A program made the position numbers and the translations under genes. DNA of 64,000 nt from Candidatus Poribacteria bacterium. GTDB taxonomy: Bacteria > Poribacteria > WGA-4E > PCPOR2b. Where the stretch lies: the NCBI GenBank assembly GCA_965218095.1, contig OZ244587.1, positions 2,912,001 to 2,976,000 of the forward strand, given 5' to 3'. Shown here one piece after another: positions 1 through 9,542 of this stretch (positions are counted from its first letter, which is position 1; every line of letters begins with the position of its first letter). The notes beneath the pieces were generated by a model that had not been told where the DNA came from, searched no databases, and saw nothing but the letters and a program-made list of their open reading frames with translations.

Positions 1-1494
1 GCAAAAATCGCCTGTCAACTCAATGATAACAGCACCATCAACCTTTCCTATCAACTCTGGCGTCAACCCGAAACCCCACGTTATGATAAGATCTCAACCG
101 GGGAATTTGATGTCTTTGCGTTTGCCCCACAAAATCGAGATCTGGTTTACGCCACTTACCTAACAAAACAGGTTGGGGCCATAGAACAGTTACGGTTCAC
201 AACCTCCTACCATCGCCAAAAAGAGGGACGAAACGCGGTCAAGCGCGACGCGTCCGAACGGCGGGAACGATTTGATACCGTCAACACCTTTGGCGTCAGC
301 GTACAGGCGATGAGCACCGCCTTGCCACGTCAGCGTGTTGTCTTCGGCGGCGAATTCTATCTTGATACGCTCGACAGTCGTACCGTCAAAACAGACCTTG
401 ATACCGGGGCGGAAACCGTTGACGAAGATTTAGGGCGATTTATCGACGGCTCCCAGTTTTGGGATGCAAACCTTTTCCTTCAAGACGAAATCGAGTTACA
501 CGACCAGGTCGAGTTGACGTTGGGCGGACGTCTGACCCTTTTCCACACGAACGCCGATCTGAGTCTCCGGAAACCGAGTTTTGATGAATTCGACGAATCT
601 GGGAACGCGTTGACAGGAAGTGCGGGCGTCGTCGTGGGGGTGGCGGACGGCCTGAACCTCGTTGGCAATGTTGCAACCTCCTTCCGTGCGCCAAGCTTGA
701 ATGACACAACCGCCGTCGAAGTGACCAACGAGGGCATTGACGCCCCAAGCCCTAACCTCGACCCCGAAACAGGGTGGACGGTTGAAGGTGGGTTCAAGGC
801 GCGTTATCCACAGTTCATCGGTTCGGCGACCCTGTTCCACAGCCGTATTAATGATCTGGTCACACGAGTGCCCGTCGAGGAGGTGTACAACGGTCAAACG
901 CTTCCCAAGCTCTACCGAGACATTCAATCCGCCAATCCCGGCATTGAGGTGTCCGTGTTTGATAACGTCGATAAGGTTCAAATTGAAGGGATTGAGTTTG
1001 CAGGGCTTGTCCCGATTCGCTCCGGCTGGTCAATCTATGGCAATGGGATGTTTACGCGAGGAAAAGTGTTACTGCTCAACGGCGCGGCCCCAAATCCAGA
1101 GAACCCGTGGGAGGAACGCATCCGCCGGGAACCGCCGTTAAACGGGATGCTTGGGGTTCGATGGGAACCGCCGGAAGGTCAGTTTTGGGGAGGTTTCTTC
1201 GTGCGTGGTGCGGTGAAGCAAGATCGGCTGAGTCATGGCGACATCCGTGACCCCCGCATTCCTGGTAAAACCCCTGAAACGGCAGCGGTTCAGTTTGACG
1301 AAAAAGGTCGCGTTATCGACGCTGGTACGCCCGGCTGGTTCACGCTCAACTTGCGTGGTGGGGCACGTTTGACGGAGTATAATCGCCTGACGGTTGCCCT
1401 CGAAAACCTGCTGGATAAGCGGTATCGTGAGCACGGATCGGGGGTCAATGCGCCGGGGTTCAATGTCATTGTGAGCTTGGATAACCGGTTCTAG
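1..1494 (+). CDS. TonB-dependent receptor, 5'-truncated by window edge
   Basis: Frame is open from base 1. TBDR C-terminal motifs SFRAPSLND, NLDPETG and LENLLDKRYREH; ends in aromatic RF. Confidence 0.9.
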   Translation, partial: AKIACQLNDNSTINLSYQLWRQPETPRYDKISTGEFDVFAFAPQNRDLVYATYLTKQVGAIEQLRFTTSYHRQKEGRNAVKRDASERRERFDTVNTFGVSVQAMSTALPRQRVVFGGEFYLDTLDSRTVKTDLDTGAETVDEDLGRFIDGSQFWDANLFLQDEIELHDQVELTLGGRLTLFHTNADLSLRKPSFDEFDESGNALTGSAGVVVGVADGLNLVGNVATSFRAPSLNDTTAVEVTNEGIDAPSPNLDPETGWTVEGGFKARYPQFIGSATLFHSRINDLVTRVPVEEVYNGQTLPKLYRDIQSANPGIEVSVFDNVDKVQIEGIEFAGLVPIRSGWSIYGNGMFTRGKVLLLNGAAPNPENPWEERIRREPPLNGMLGVRWEPPEGQFWGGFFVRGAVKQDRLSHGDIRDPRIPGKTPETAAVQFDEKGRVIDAGTPGWFTLNLRGGARLTEYNRLTVALENLLDKRYREHGSGVNAPGFNVIVSLDNRF

Positions 1495-1527
1495 TGCGTT
1501 TGAGCGTTGTGCGATGAGCAGTCTACC

Positions 1528-1818
1528 ATGAAAAAGCGATTCGTACTTTCCCTATGCCTCGCATTGTTCACTTCCGCCACATTTGCCGCAATTGGTTCGC
1601 TTGGGGACGGATTTCTCCAGCAAGCCCACTTTCTGCCGGATGGCACAATTCTGCGTGTGATGTGGGACTACATTGAGATTGCCGATCCGGACACGAATGA
1701 AATCATTGAGAAATTTGCTGAAGGGTTAAACTGGGGGGAGATGACCCTAAGTCCAGACGGTATATGGCTGGCAATTGTGACCAATCCACACAGAGTGGGG
1801 ATACATTCTCTAACGTGA
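1528..1818 (+). pseudogene. N-terminal fragment of an exported beta-propeller/WD40-like protein
   Basis: Signal peptide MKKRFVLSLCLALFTSATFA, then FLPDG and LSPDG blade motifs; stops after about 96 aa. Confidence 0.45.
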
Positions 1819-1841
1819 TAGTGCAGAGTACCGGGGGTATC

Positions 1842-2591
1842 ATGAAACAGATTTGCATGACACTGATCGTCGAGTTAATTTTATGTGGGATAAGCGTAAC
1901 CGTTGCCGAAGAAGAAGTCAACACCAATCCCGAAGAAATCGAGCAACTTCGTACGCTGACGGCGTATACCGTCGAGCCGGGTGAATTAGAGGTTGACTTT
2001 GTTCCCCAACATCTGCGCTTCGATGAGTACAACACCACGTCGCTGATTATCGAAGCCGAATTTGGTCTGACTCGACATTGGGATGTCGAAGTGGAAGTGC
2101 CTTTCGTTTCGATCGCCAGAAGCAACGAGATAGAGACTGGGCTTGGCGACATCGAACTGGAATCGAAGTACATGCTTGTAATTGGTTCTGATACCCGTTT
2201 CGCCCTTGCCGCTGTTGCTGAAATTTCGTTTCCAACTGGGAATGAGGAGAAGAAAATAGGAAAAGGCAACTTGGAAGTTGAAGGGGGCGTTGTGTTCAGC
2301 GGACGGTTGCAGAATCTCCGCTGGCATCTCAATGCTGGAATCGGTATTGAACAGGAAAACAACGAAACGGAACCTGAATTCATAACCAATCTAGCGGTGG
2401 TTTATCCGCGAGGTTTGTTTTAACCGATGCTTGGTATAAACAGTGAATTTGGAGAGATTAACCACCTTACGCTCATCCCTGCTATCGAATGGGAAGCGTT
2501 CGGACTGGAATTCGGCGTCGGATTCCCCGTTGGGCTGACGGACGCATCTGAAAATTTCGGTTTTATCATTGATATTGAAGTGGAGTTTTGA
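1842..2591 (+). pseudogene. Outer-membrane beta-barrel (transporter/MetA-like) interrupted by in-frame TAA
   Basis: Signal peptide, GLGDIELESKY and FPTG motifs. TAA at 2421-2423, then the same frame continues to ...GFIIDIEVEF* with a barrel-type terminal Phe. Confidence 0.7.
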
Positions 2592-2640
2592 TTGAAGGGC
2601 ATTTGCCCTTTTACCAAATCTAATTTCGGAGGTAAGTATC

Positions 2641-2748
2641 ATGAATTGGGCGCATGTACATCTTTTGATTAATCACATCCCGGTTTTAGGCACGGTGTTT
2701 GGTACTCTATTATGGAGGCGGAGCAGTATCGCACGACAAGACGGATGA
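2641..2748 (+). pseudogene. N-terminal remnant of a DUF2231-like membrane protein
   Basis: GGAGG RBS, then MNWAHVHLLINHIPVLGTVFG, truncated at 35 aa. Confidence 0.5.
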
Positions 2749-2820
2749 CCGTTGTGCGATAAAACTGTCCCTCAAATCATCATTACCAAACATATCAAAC
2801 GCGAGAAGGAAGTAAGAAGC

Positions 2821-3335
2821 ATGTTTCGACAATTTTGGAAATTCACGCTTTTGACCTGCGTGCTTGCAGGCTGCGCGGCGCTTAGCAATTCGCAGCCTAG
2901 CGGCGACTACGTCCCGATTGCCGGACTTGTCTGCAATTCCCCGGAGATGGTGGATGGTGACATGGACACCAGCAACCTCGTTTACATTGAGGGGGGCAAA
3001 GGCGTCGGAGAACGAAATAAGGGAGTCAGCACGATGCGATTGGATTCTCCGGTAGCGCATCTAATCGCGCCAACGACGGTGCAGTTGCCCAAGCGGTATG
3101 AAGTGGGGATGATTGTCCTTTACGGAGAACATTTCATTTGATGGACTTCAAGGTCTTGGCGAAGATTGGTGAGGATTGGAAGGAATTACGGCGATTCCGC
3201 AACAACCGCCGGAAGCGTATCGTGGTGATCACTCCGGTTGTGACAGACACGATACACATCATTGCGATTAAAAGTTTTCTCAGCCCCAAACAGCGTCCGA
3301 GAATCCAGGAAATTCAGATCTATGGCAAGCCTTGA
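2821..3335 (+). pseudogene. Lipoprotein with discoidin/F5/8-like domain, frameshifted near 3138
   Basis: Lipobox LAGC and EMVDGDMDT motif; a second frame ends RIQEIQIYG, typical of discoidin-like C-termini. Confidence 0.55.
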
Positions 3336-3513
3336 AGTTATCCCAAATAGTGGAAGAAAACGCATGCCGATCAGACAGCAGCGGGACGTTACCTCCGTTT
3401 CAGCCTGAACGTTCAAATGTGAAGGAAAGAAACGAAGGCGTTTGGTTGTAACATCAAGTGTGTTAGAAAAGGTGAACACGGAGTACACCGTAAATCCGTC
3501 AACGAACGAAAAT

Positions 3514-3577
3514 AAAATAGGGAGAAGATGGGGAACCACAATGTTTTTACAATCATCCCCATTTTTCTCCCTATTTT
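3514..3577. repeat. Long intergenic inverted repeat (about 21-bp stem)
   Basis: AAAATAGGGAGAAGATGGGGA ... TCCCCATTTTTCTCCCTATTTT. Confidence 0.7.
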
Positions 3578-3625
3578 TGTTTTCTGAAGGGATAGAGGGT
3601 CGGCGCAGAAGGAGGTTTTCAAACA

Positions 3626-3769
3626 ATGAAGATTCGACACAAGTTTGGTAGAGTGTGCGTTTTGCTGATCTGACTGACGTGTATACCCATTGCGTGCACC
3701 AGCAAGAATAGCAATACGCAACAAGATACAGCCAAACTGATTGAGCAAGCACGAGACGGGAAAGGCTAA
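3626..3769 (+). pseudogene. Lipoprotein N-terminal remnant with in-frame TGA
   Basis: AGGAGG RBS; MKIRHKFGRVCVLLI*LTCIPIACTSK...; TGA at 3671-3673 lies inside the signal peptide. Confidence 0.45.
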
Positions 3770-3979
3770 TCAACCCAGGCGACTCGACCGGCGCCTTAGA
3801 AAAAAGATCGCTCACTATTGAGGGATGTGCTATAATCAAAGTGGTGTGGCAAGGTCATTCTCATTGCCTAATTTTCAAGAAATCCAATCCTTTTCCACGA
3901 TTGGCGACACTGAAGGAAAGACAGAAAGTTTCCTCCAGTGCCTCCCTTCCTGTTCTGGATGTAACGATGGTGTTCTAAG

Positions 3980-6436
3980 ATGAATAGTAATCAAATTAAA
4001 AGAATCCTTCACAATATTCTCATGCTGCTTCTCATTGCAATTATCGGGGTGATGACGCTGATCTGCGTCGGCATCGGATTCGTTGGGGGCGTTGTCCTCG
4101 CTTCGTGGGAATTGATTAAAGATATTGACCTGGGACAACTCGAATACCGCCAGTCCGATACGTGGAAACAACATCTTGAGGTCTACTCTTCTGTCTGCAT
4201 GGTTCAACAGGAAGATTTGATTGCGTTCCTCCTAGATAAACTGAAGCGGCTGGAGTATGAAGAAAGTCAGCAAAAGTTCATCAAGCCGAGTACAGTTGGG
4301 CAATATTCGACCGTGCTCGATGAAGGGGGACAAAATGGAAGGATGTGGATTTATCTTCAGGGTTTCCATTTCCCACGCGCGGATCGACAGCCATATCGGG
4401 TCGAACTCTCCGTGAGTAATGGAAAAATCGCTGCCATCCAAAACGACAACGGTGAAGAAATCGACAGTTTCGATCTCAGGCCCGAGTTGATTAATGAGAG
4501 GTATGATAAAGGCGGCGAAGCGCGGGAAATTGTGCAACTTGTGCAAATGCCTGACAATCTGCTGCGAGCGTTCCTTGCGGTTGAAGATAAGCGATTTTAC
4601 AGGCATTGGGGCGTTGACCTGCGAGGGGTTGTCCGCGCCGCCATCTACAATATTCAGTTATATTTAGGAAAAACGCAGGGAACGCCGCAAGGCGCAAGTA
4701 CAATTACGCAGCAACTCACACGGAATATTTATCTGAGTCTGGAGCAGCGGATTTTGCGGAAGATTAAAGAAGTCTTGCTCGCCATCCGCATCGAACATCA
4801 CTTTTCCAAGGACGAGATCCTTGAGAGATACCTTAACCTGATTAACCTGGGACGATACGGTTCACGAGATGTGCTTGGCGTCCAGGAAGCAGCAAAAAGC
4901 TATTTTGGGAAGCCGGTTTGGGAGTTAGACATCCATGAGTGTGCTACGCTGGCGGGCGTTCCAAAATCTCCAACGCGTTATTCGCCGGTGCGTCATCCGG
5001 AGCGTTCAAAGGAACGGCGCAATCTTGTGCTTGGACTGATGCGACGGACAGGCTATATCGATCAAGCGGAATACGAGACAAACGTGAAGAAGCCCGTTGT
5101 CGTTGAGGTGCCTGAAAGCGAGCAAATTCGAGAAGTTTCTCATTTCTTGGAGCATGTGCATGAACAACTGACGCAAATCCCCGAGTTAGAAGATCGATTG
5201 TACAATCAGGGCTTAAAGGTGTACACAACAATCGATATGTCCATGCAAAAGGTTGCGGAAAGGGCAGTTGCGAACCACTTGCGTGAACTTGACAGAAATC
5301 TGAGGAGATTGCGAGCCTACAGAGATTTGCCCGACTACGATGTGAATAAAAACAATCCAAATGGCATTGATCCGATTGCTAACTACTTACAAGCGGGGCT
5401 AGTCGCCATTGAACCGCAAACCGGGCACATCAAGGCGATGGTTGGTGGAAGGGATTTCTATATCACACGGCAGAAGATTAATTTCTATAATCGTGCGATC
5501 CAAGCATATCGCCAACCCGGTTCAGCGTTCAAGCCGATTGTCTTTGCGGCGATGCTTAATTTGCCGCCCTTAGTGACGCCTGCAACGATTATTCGTGACG
5601 AAGCGTGGTTTGTTAAAGGTGAACCAGGGACAAGATGGGAACCGCATAACTACAAAGGGAGGTACTATGGAGATGTCACCGCGCGAACGATTTTGGAGAA
5701 ATCAATCAACGTCGCGACGGCAAAAATGATGTGGGAAACACCGGAGGATAAAAACGAAAAACCATCAGGGCTTAATCGCACGCTTGCGCTCGCCAAACGT
5801 CTGGGTATTCAAACTTATTTACCCCTGTATCCGTCAATTGCGCTAGGTTCGAGGGGTTTGCCCCCGCTTGAACTCACCGCGGCTTACGCTGTCTTTGCCA
5901 ACAGGGGGCTGCGAACGAAACCAATTAACATTCAGTATGTCGAAGATCGAAATGGAGAAATCCTGATTGAAAGTCAGGTTCAGCGTGAGCGGGTACTTGA
6001 CGAAAATGTAGCTTATCTCGTCACGCATCTCCTGGAAGGCGTGATTCAAAATGGTACTGGTCGGCGTGTGCGTCTCATGGGGTTGACACGTCCGGCCGCC
6101 GGCAAAACCGGCACGACGAACGATTTCACAGATGCGTGGTTCGTTGGCTATCTTCCGAATCTTGCCGTTGGGGTTTGGGTCGGATTTGACGACCCAAAGA
6201 AAAGCACAGCGAAGACGGGGGCATTTGTTGCCTTACCCATCTGGACGAGATTTATGATCGAGGGGGCACGAGGTCCCGTAGAGGAGTTTCACATTCCGTC
6301 CGGCATTGTCTTTCGAGAGATTGATAAGGAGACGGGATTGCTGAAATACGAGGGAAAGTGTCCAGAGGAACACATTATCCGTGAATCCTTTCTCATTGGA
6401 CACGAACCGAAGATGCTTTGTAATGTACATGAGTAA
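3980..6436 (+). CDS. Class A penicillin-binding protein (PBP1A/1B family)
   Basis: N-terminal TM; transglycosylase motifs EDKRFYRH, GASTITQQL, RKIKE; transpeptidase motifs SAFK, SIN, KTG. Confidence 0.95.
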   Translation: MNSNQIKRILHNILMLLLIAIIGVMTLICVGIGFVGGVVLASWELIKDIDLGQLEYRQSDTWKQHLEVYSSVCMVQQEDLIAFLLDKLKRLEYEESQQKFIKPSTVGQYSTVLDEGGQNGRMWIYLQGFHFPRADRQPYRVELSVSNGKIAAIQNDNGEEIDSFDLRPELINERYDKGGEAREIVQLVQMPDNLLRAFLAVEDKRFYRHWGVDLRGVVRAAIYNIQLYLGKTQGTPQGASTITQQLTRNIYLSLEQRILRKIKEVLLAIRIEHHFSKDEILERYLNLINLGRYGSRDVLGVQEAAKSYFGKPVWELDIHECATLAGVPKSPTRYSPVRHPERSKERRNLVLGLMRRTGYIDQAEYETNVKKPVVVEVPESEQIREVSHFLEHVHEQLTQIPELEDRLYNQGLKVYTTIDMSMQKVAERAVANHLRELDRNLRRLRAYRDLPDYDVNKNNPNGIDPIANYLQAGLVAIEPQTGHIKAMVGGRDFYITRQKINFYNRAIQAYRQPGSAFKPIVFAAMLNLPPLVTPATIIRDEAWFVKGEPGTRWEPHNYKGRYYGDVTARTILEKSINVATAKMMWETPEDKNEKPSGLNRTLALAKRLGIQTYLPLYPSIALGSRGLPPLELTAAYAVFANRGLRTKPINIQYVEDRNGEILIESQVQRERVLDENVAYLVTHLLEGVIQNGTGRRVRLMGLTRPAAGKTGTTNDFTDAWFVGYLPNLAVGVWVGFDDPKKSTAKTGAFVALPIWTRFMIEGARGPVEEFHIPSGIVFREIDKETGLLKYEGKCPEEHIIRESFLIGHEPKMLCNVHE

Positions 6437-6460
6437 TGCGTAAAACGTGAAACATCATGA

Positions 6461-6613
6461 GGGCGTGTTGACAAATTAATCGCCGATCCAGTCGCCGCCC
6501 AAGTTTCTTAATCCCGATGCAATCGGGGATTCTATTCCTTCGCTTCGCTCTGCTCCAGGATGACAAGGTTAGAAAGGCTGCCAGTGGATTACCCCGAATT
6601 TGTCAACAGAGCC
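6461..6613. mobile_element. MITE-like element, 153 bp, with IS5-type TIRs and a TGA direct repeat
   Basis: Left end GGGCGTGTTGACAAATT, right end AATTTGTCAACAGAGCC (14/17 inverted match). TGA at 6458-6460 and 6614-6616. Confidence 0.7.
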
Positions 6614-6646
6614 TGATATTACATGATGCCGCTGGGGAGTGAAAAC

Positions 6647-8632
6647 ATGCAAAAATTTGAGTTGGTTTCAGATTATACACCACAAGGGGATCAGCCGCAA
6701 GCCATCGACGAACTCACAGAGGGCTTGCTGCGAAAGGATCGATTTCAGACACTGTTGGGCGTGACGGGTTCCGGGAAGACATTTACGATGGCACACGTCA
6801 TCGCCAACGTCCAACGCCCGACATTAGTGATCTCCCACAACAAAACCCTTGCCGCCCAGTTGTACAGCGAGTTCAGGGAATTTTTCCCGAACAATGCCGT
6901 TCATTACTTCGTCAGCTACTACGACTACTACCAGCCTGAAGCGTACATCCCGACGACAGACACTTATATCGAGAAAGATATACAGATTAACGAGGAGATA
7001 GATCGGCTGCGTCTCGCTTCAACGGCATCGCTGCTCACTCGCCATGACGTCATCATTGTTGCTAGCGTTTCCTGTATCTACGGCATCGGATCACCGAAGG
7101 AGTACAATGTACAGCGGGTTGAAGTGAATCAGGGGGACATCATCAAAAGGAACAAGTTCCTGCGTGCGCTCGTGGATATTCGGTACGAGCGTAACGATTT
7201 TGATTTTTCACGAGGGTGTTTCCGCGCTCGCGGCGATGTGATTGAGGTTTTCCCGGCGTATGCAGATACCGCCTATCGAATCGAACTGTTCGACGACGAG
7301 GTGGATCGCATTACGGAGATCGACACACTGACAGGCGAGGTCCTGGCGGAACATCACACCATCGAGATTTTCCCTGCCAAACACTTCATGACAGACTCCG
7401 AGCGGTTTGAACAGGCACTTCTGGACATTGAGGCCGAGCTTCAGGAACGGATTGACTACTTCATTGCCAATAACAAACTGTTGGAAGCTCAACGAATTGA
7501 ACAGCGAACGCAGTTTGACCTCGAAATGATGCGGGAAATCGGCTATTGCCAGGGCATCGAAAACTACTCACGTCATCTGTCAGGTCTAGCCCCCGGTGAG
7601 CCGCCCTACTGCTTGATTAACTATTTTTCTGATGACTATCTCATGATTGTTGACGAATCCCATGTTACCCTGCCGCAGATTCGCGGGATGTATCGCGGCG
7701 ATCAATCACGAAAGCAGACCTTGGTGGGCTACGGATTCCGTCTGCCATCGGCGCTGGACAATCGTCCCCTGCGCTTTGAAGAGTTCGAATCGTATGTCCA
7801 TCAAGCGGTGTTTGTTTCAGCGACGCCCGGTCCTTATGAACTGGACCACAGTTCACAAGTTGTTGAGCAGATTATCCGCCCCACCGGGTTAATCGATCCG
7901 AAGATTACGGTTCACCCGGTCGAAGGGCAAATCGACCACCTCATCGGCGTCATCAACAAGCGGGTTGCTCAAAGACAGCGCGTCTTGGTCACCACGCTCA
8001 CGAAGCGCATGGCAGAGGATTTGACCGACTACCTCACCGAAGCCGGCGTCAAAGCCGAATACCTCCATTCGGATATCGATACGTTGGATCGCGCACGAAT
8101 TTTGAAAGAGCTCCGCCAGGGCAGGTTTGATGTCCTCGTTGGGATTAACCTGCTCCGTGAGGGCTTAGATCTCCCCGAAGTGTCGCTCGTCGCGATTCTT
8201 GATGCAGACCGCGCGGGCTTCCTCCGATCCGAAACATCGCTGATTCAGACCGCCGGCCGCGCCGCTCGAAATGTTGATGGTGAGGTCCTCCTGTATGCAG
8301 AGGAAATCACTAACGCCATCCACAACACCATTGAAGAAACCGAACGACGCCGAAAAGTGCAGATGGTTTATAATGAAGAACATGGCATCACACCAGCGAC
8401 AATTGATAAGGCAATCCGTGATCTCGTCGGTGAAATTGTTGATGAAGCGGAGAAGCCGGAAGAGATTCTGGCGATTGAAATTCCGGCGGAGACACCTGAG
8501 GAAGAAATTCAGACGCTCATCGCTGAACTCACGAAGGAAATGCAGAAGGCAGCGTCGAATCTGGAGTTTGAAAAGGCGGCTGCTTTGCGCGATCAGATCG
8601 GAGAGATTAAACGGGAGCTTTCAGGGAGTTAA
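6647..8632 (+). CDS. uvrB: Excinuclease ABC subunit B
   Basis: GVTGSGKT Walker [16 protein letters not shown]-terminal UVR domain [11 protein letters not shown]. Confidence 0.98.
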   Translation: MQKFELVSDYTPQGDQPQAIDELTEGLLRKDRFQTLLGVTGSGKTFTMAHVIANVQRPTLVISHNKTLAAQLYSEFREFFPNNAVHYFVSYYDYYQPEAYIPTTDTYIEKDIQINEEIDRLRLASTASLLTRHDVIIVASVSCIYGIGSPKEYNVQRVEVNQGDIIKRNKFLRALVDIRYERNDFDFSRGCFRARGDVIEVFPAYADTAYRIELFDDEVDRITEIDTLTGEVLAEHHTIEIFPAKHFMTDSERFEQALLDIEAELQERIDYFIANNKLLEAQRIEQRTQFDLEMMREIGYCQGIENYSRHLSGLAPGEPPYCLINYFSDDYLMIVDESHVTLPQIRGMYRGDQSRKQTLVGYGFRLPSALDNRPLRFEEFESYVHQAVFVSATPGPYELDHSSQVVEQIIRPTGLIDPKITVHPVEGQIDHLIGVINKRVAQRQRVLVTTLTKRMAEDLTDYLTEAGVKAEYLHSDIDTLDRARILKELRQGRFDVLVGINLLREGLDLPEVSLVAILDADRAGFLRSETSLIQTAGRAARNVDGEVLLYAEEITNAIHNTIEETERRRKVQMVYNEEHGITPATIDKAIRDLVGEIVDEAEKPEEILAIEIPAETPEEEIQTLIAELTKEMQKAASNLEFEKAAALRDQIGEIKRELSGS

Positions 8633-8633
8633 G

Positions 8634-9053
8634 ATGGAAGAACCTGAATTTACTCAACATCCAACTGAGATATTCGGCTACGCTTTTGTCGACGCCACTT
8701 CAGAGGCACAAACAGCACGGGAAGATCAGTTCTGTCCGTTCTTAAATGATGAATGTAAAAAACCGAGGAAAAGTCAACCTGAAGTCAAAGTTGGGGTATG
8801 TACGGTAGGCTATAAGGGCAACTTCTTGGAAAAGATGACTCCCATAATTGTATGCCCTCATCGTTTACGAGAGAAGACAGTCTATCGTACGATTGAGGGA
8901 TTATACTTCGGCAGTTTGCCAGATGAATATTCTGAGCTTCGGTTGAAGTTATCATTCTTGTATTCATCGTGCCTCCTATTTTTATACCCAATAAGAAGAT
9001 TCTTGTCAAGTCAGTTTTTTATCTGGAGACTATCCCATCGAATTCTTAGCTGA
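8634..9053 (+). pseudogene. NotI-family restriction endonuclease, N-terminal fragment
   Basis: EIFG...CPF...C.K...GVCTV...IIVCPHRL four-Cys metal motif. Similarity is lost after about 8935 and no catalytic C-terminal part is present. Confidence 0.65.
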
Positions 9054-9094
9054 TTCATCCCTAGTTCTGCCCCCTGTAAGGGTCAATTTAGTGC

Positions 9095-9123
9095 TTGCAT
9101 TTCTGAGTGAGGTGTGCTAAAAT
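9095..9123 (+). promoter_or_regulatory. Sigma70-type promoter
   Basis: TTGCAT-N17-TAAAAT with an extended TG, upstream of 9176. Confidence 0.55.
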
Positions 9124-9175
9124 CAGCTTATTCGCAGGAATATCAGTGTTATCGTATAGAAAGTGAGGATTACCA

Positions 9176-9448
9176 ATGTTTGTTTGTACTGCATGTGGCT
9201 ATTTATGGAAAGAGGCAGATAGCCCACCCGATGAATGTCCGGCATGCGCTGCTCCCAAAGAGAAATACATTCCCTATGATGATCGTGCTGAACGGTGGGT
9301 AAAGCGATCGGTCGCCCAGCATGTGATGTATCCGGACGAAGAAGGTGCCGATCTTCGCACCGAAAATTCAGCCTTGTCTTCCCATATTCGCTTTGCACTG
9401 GTTGGGTTAGCTGAAGAGCTCAAAAAGGATGGATCGCTCAAGGGATAA
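9176..9448 (+). CDS. Small rubredoxin-like protein
   Basis: CTACGY...PDECPAC; GAGGA RBS. Confidence 0.8.
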   Translation: MFVCTACGYLWKEADSPPDECPACAAPKEKYIPYDDRAERWVKRSVAQHVMYPDEEGADLRTENSALSSHIRFALVGLAEELKKDGSLKG

Positions 9449-9542
9449 CTTCCCAGGCATAAGTCTTTCCGTATGCTCAGAGACATTGTCTCTGGGCTTT
9501 TTTTTGGGATTCGGGGTTTTTTAACATCATTGGAGGTTCAAC

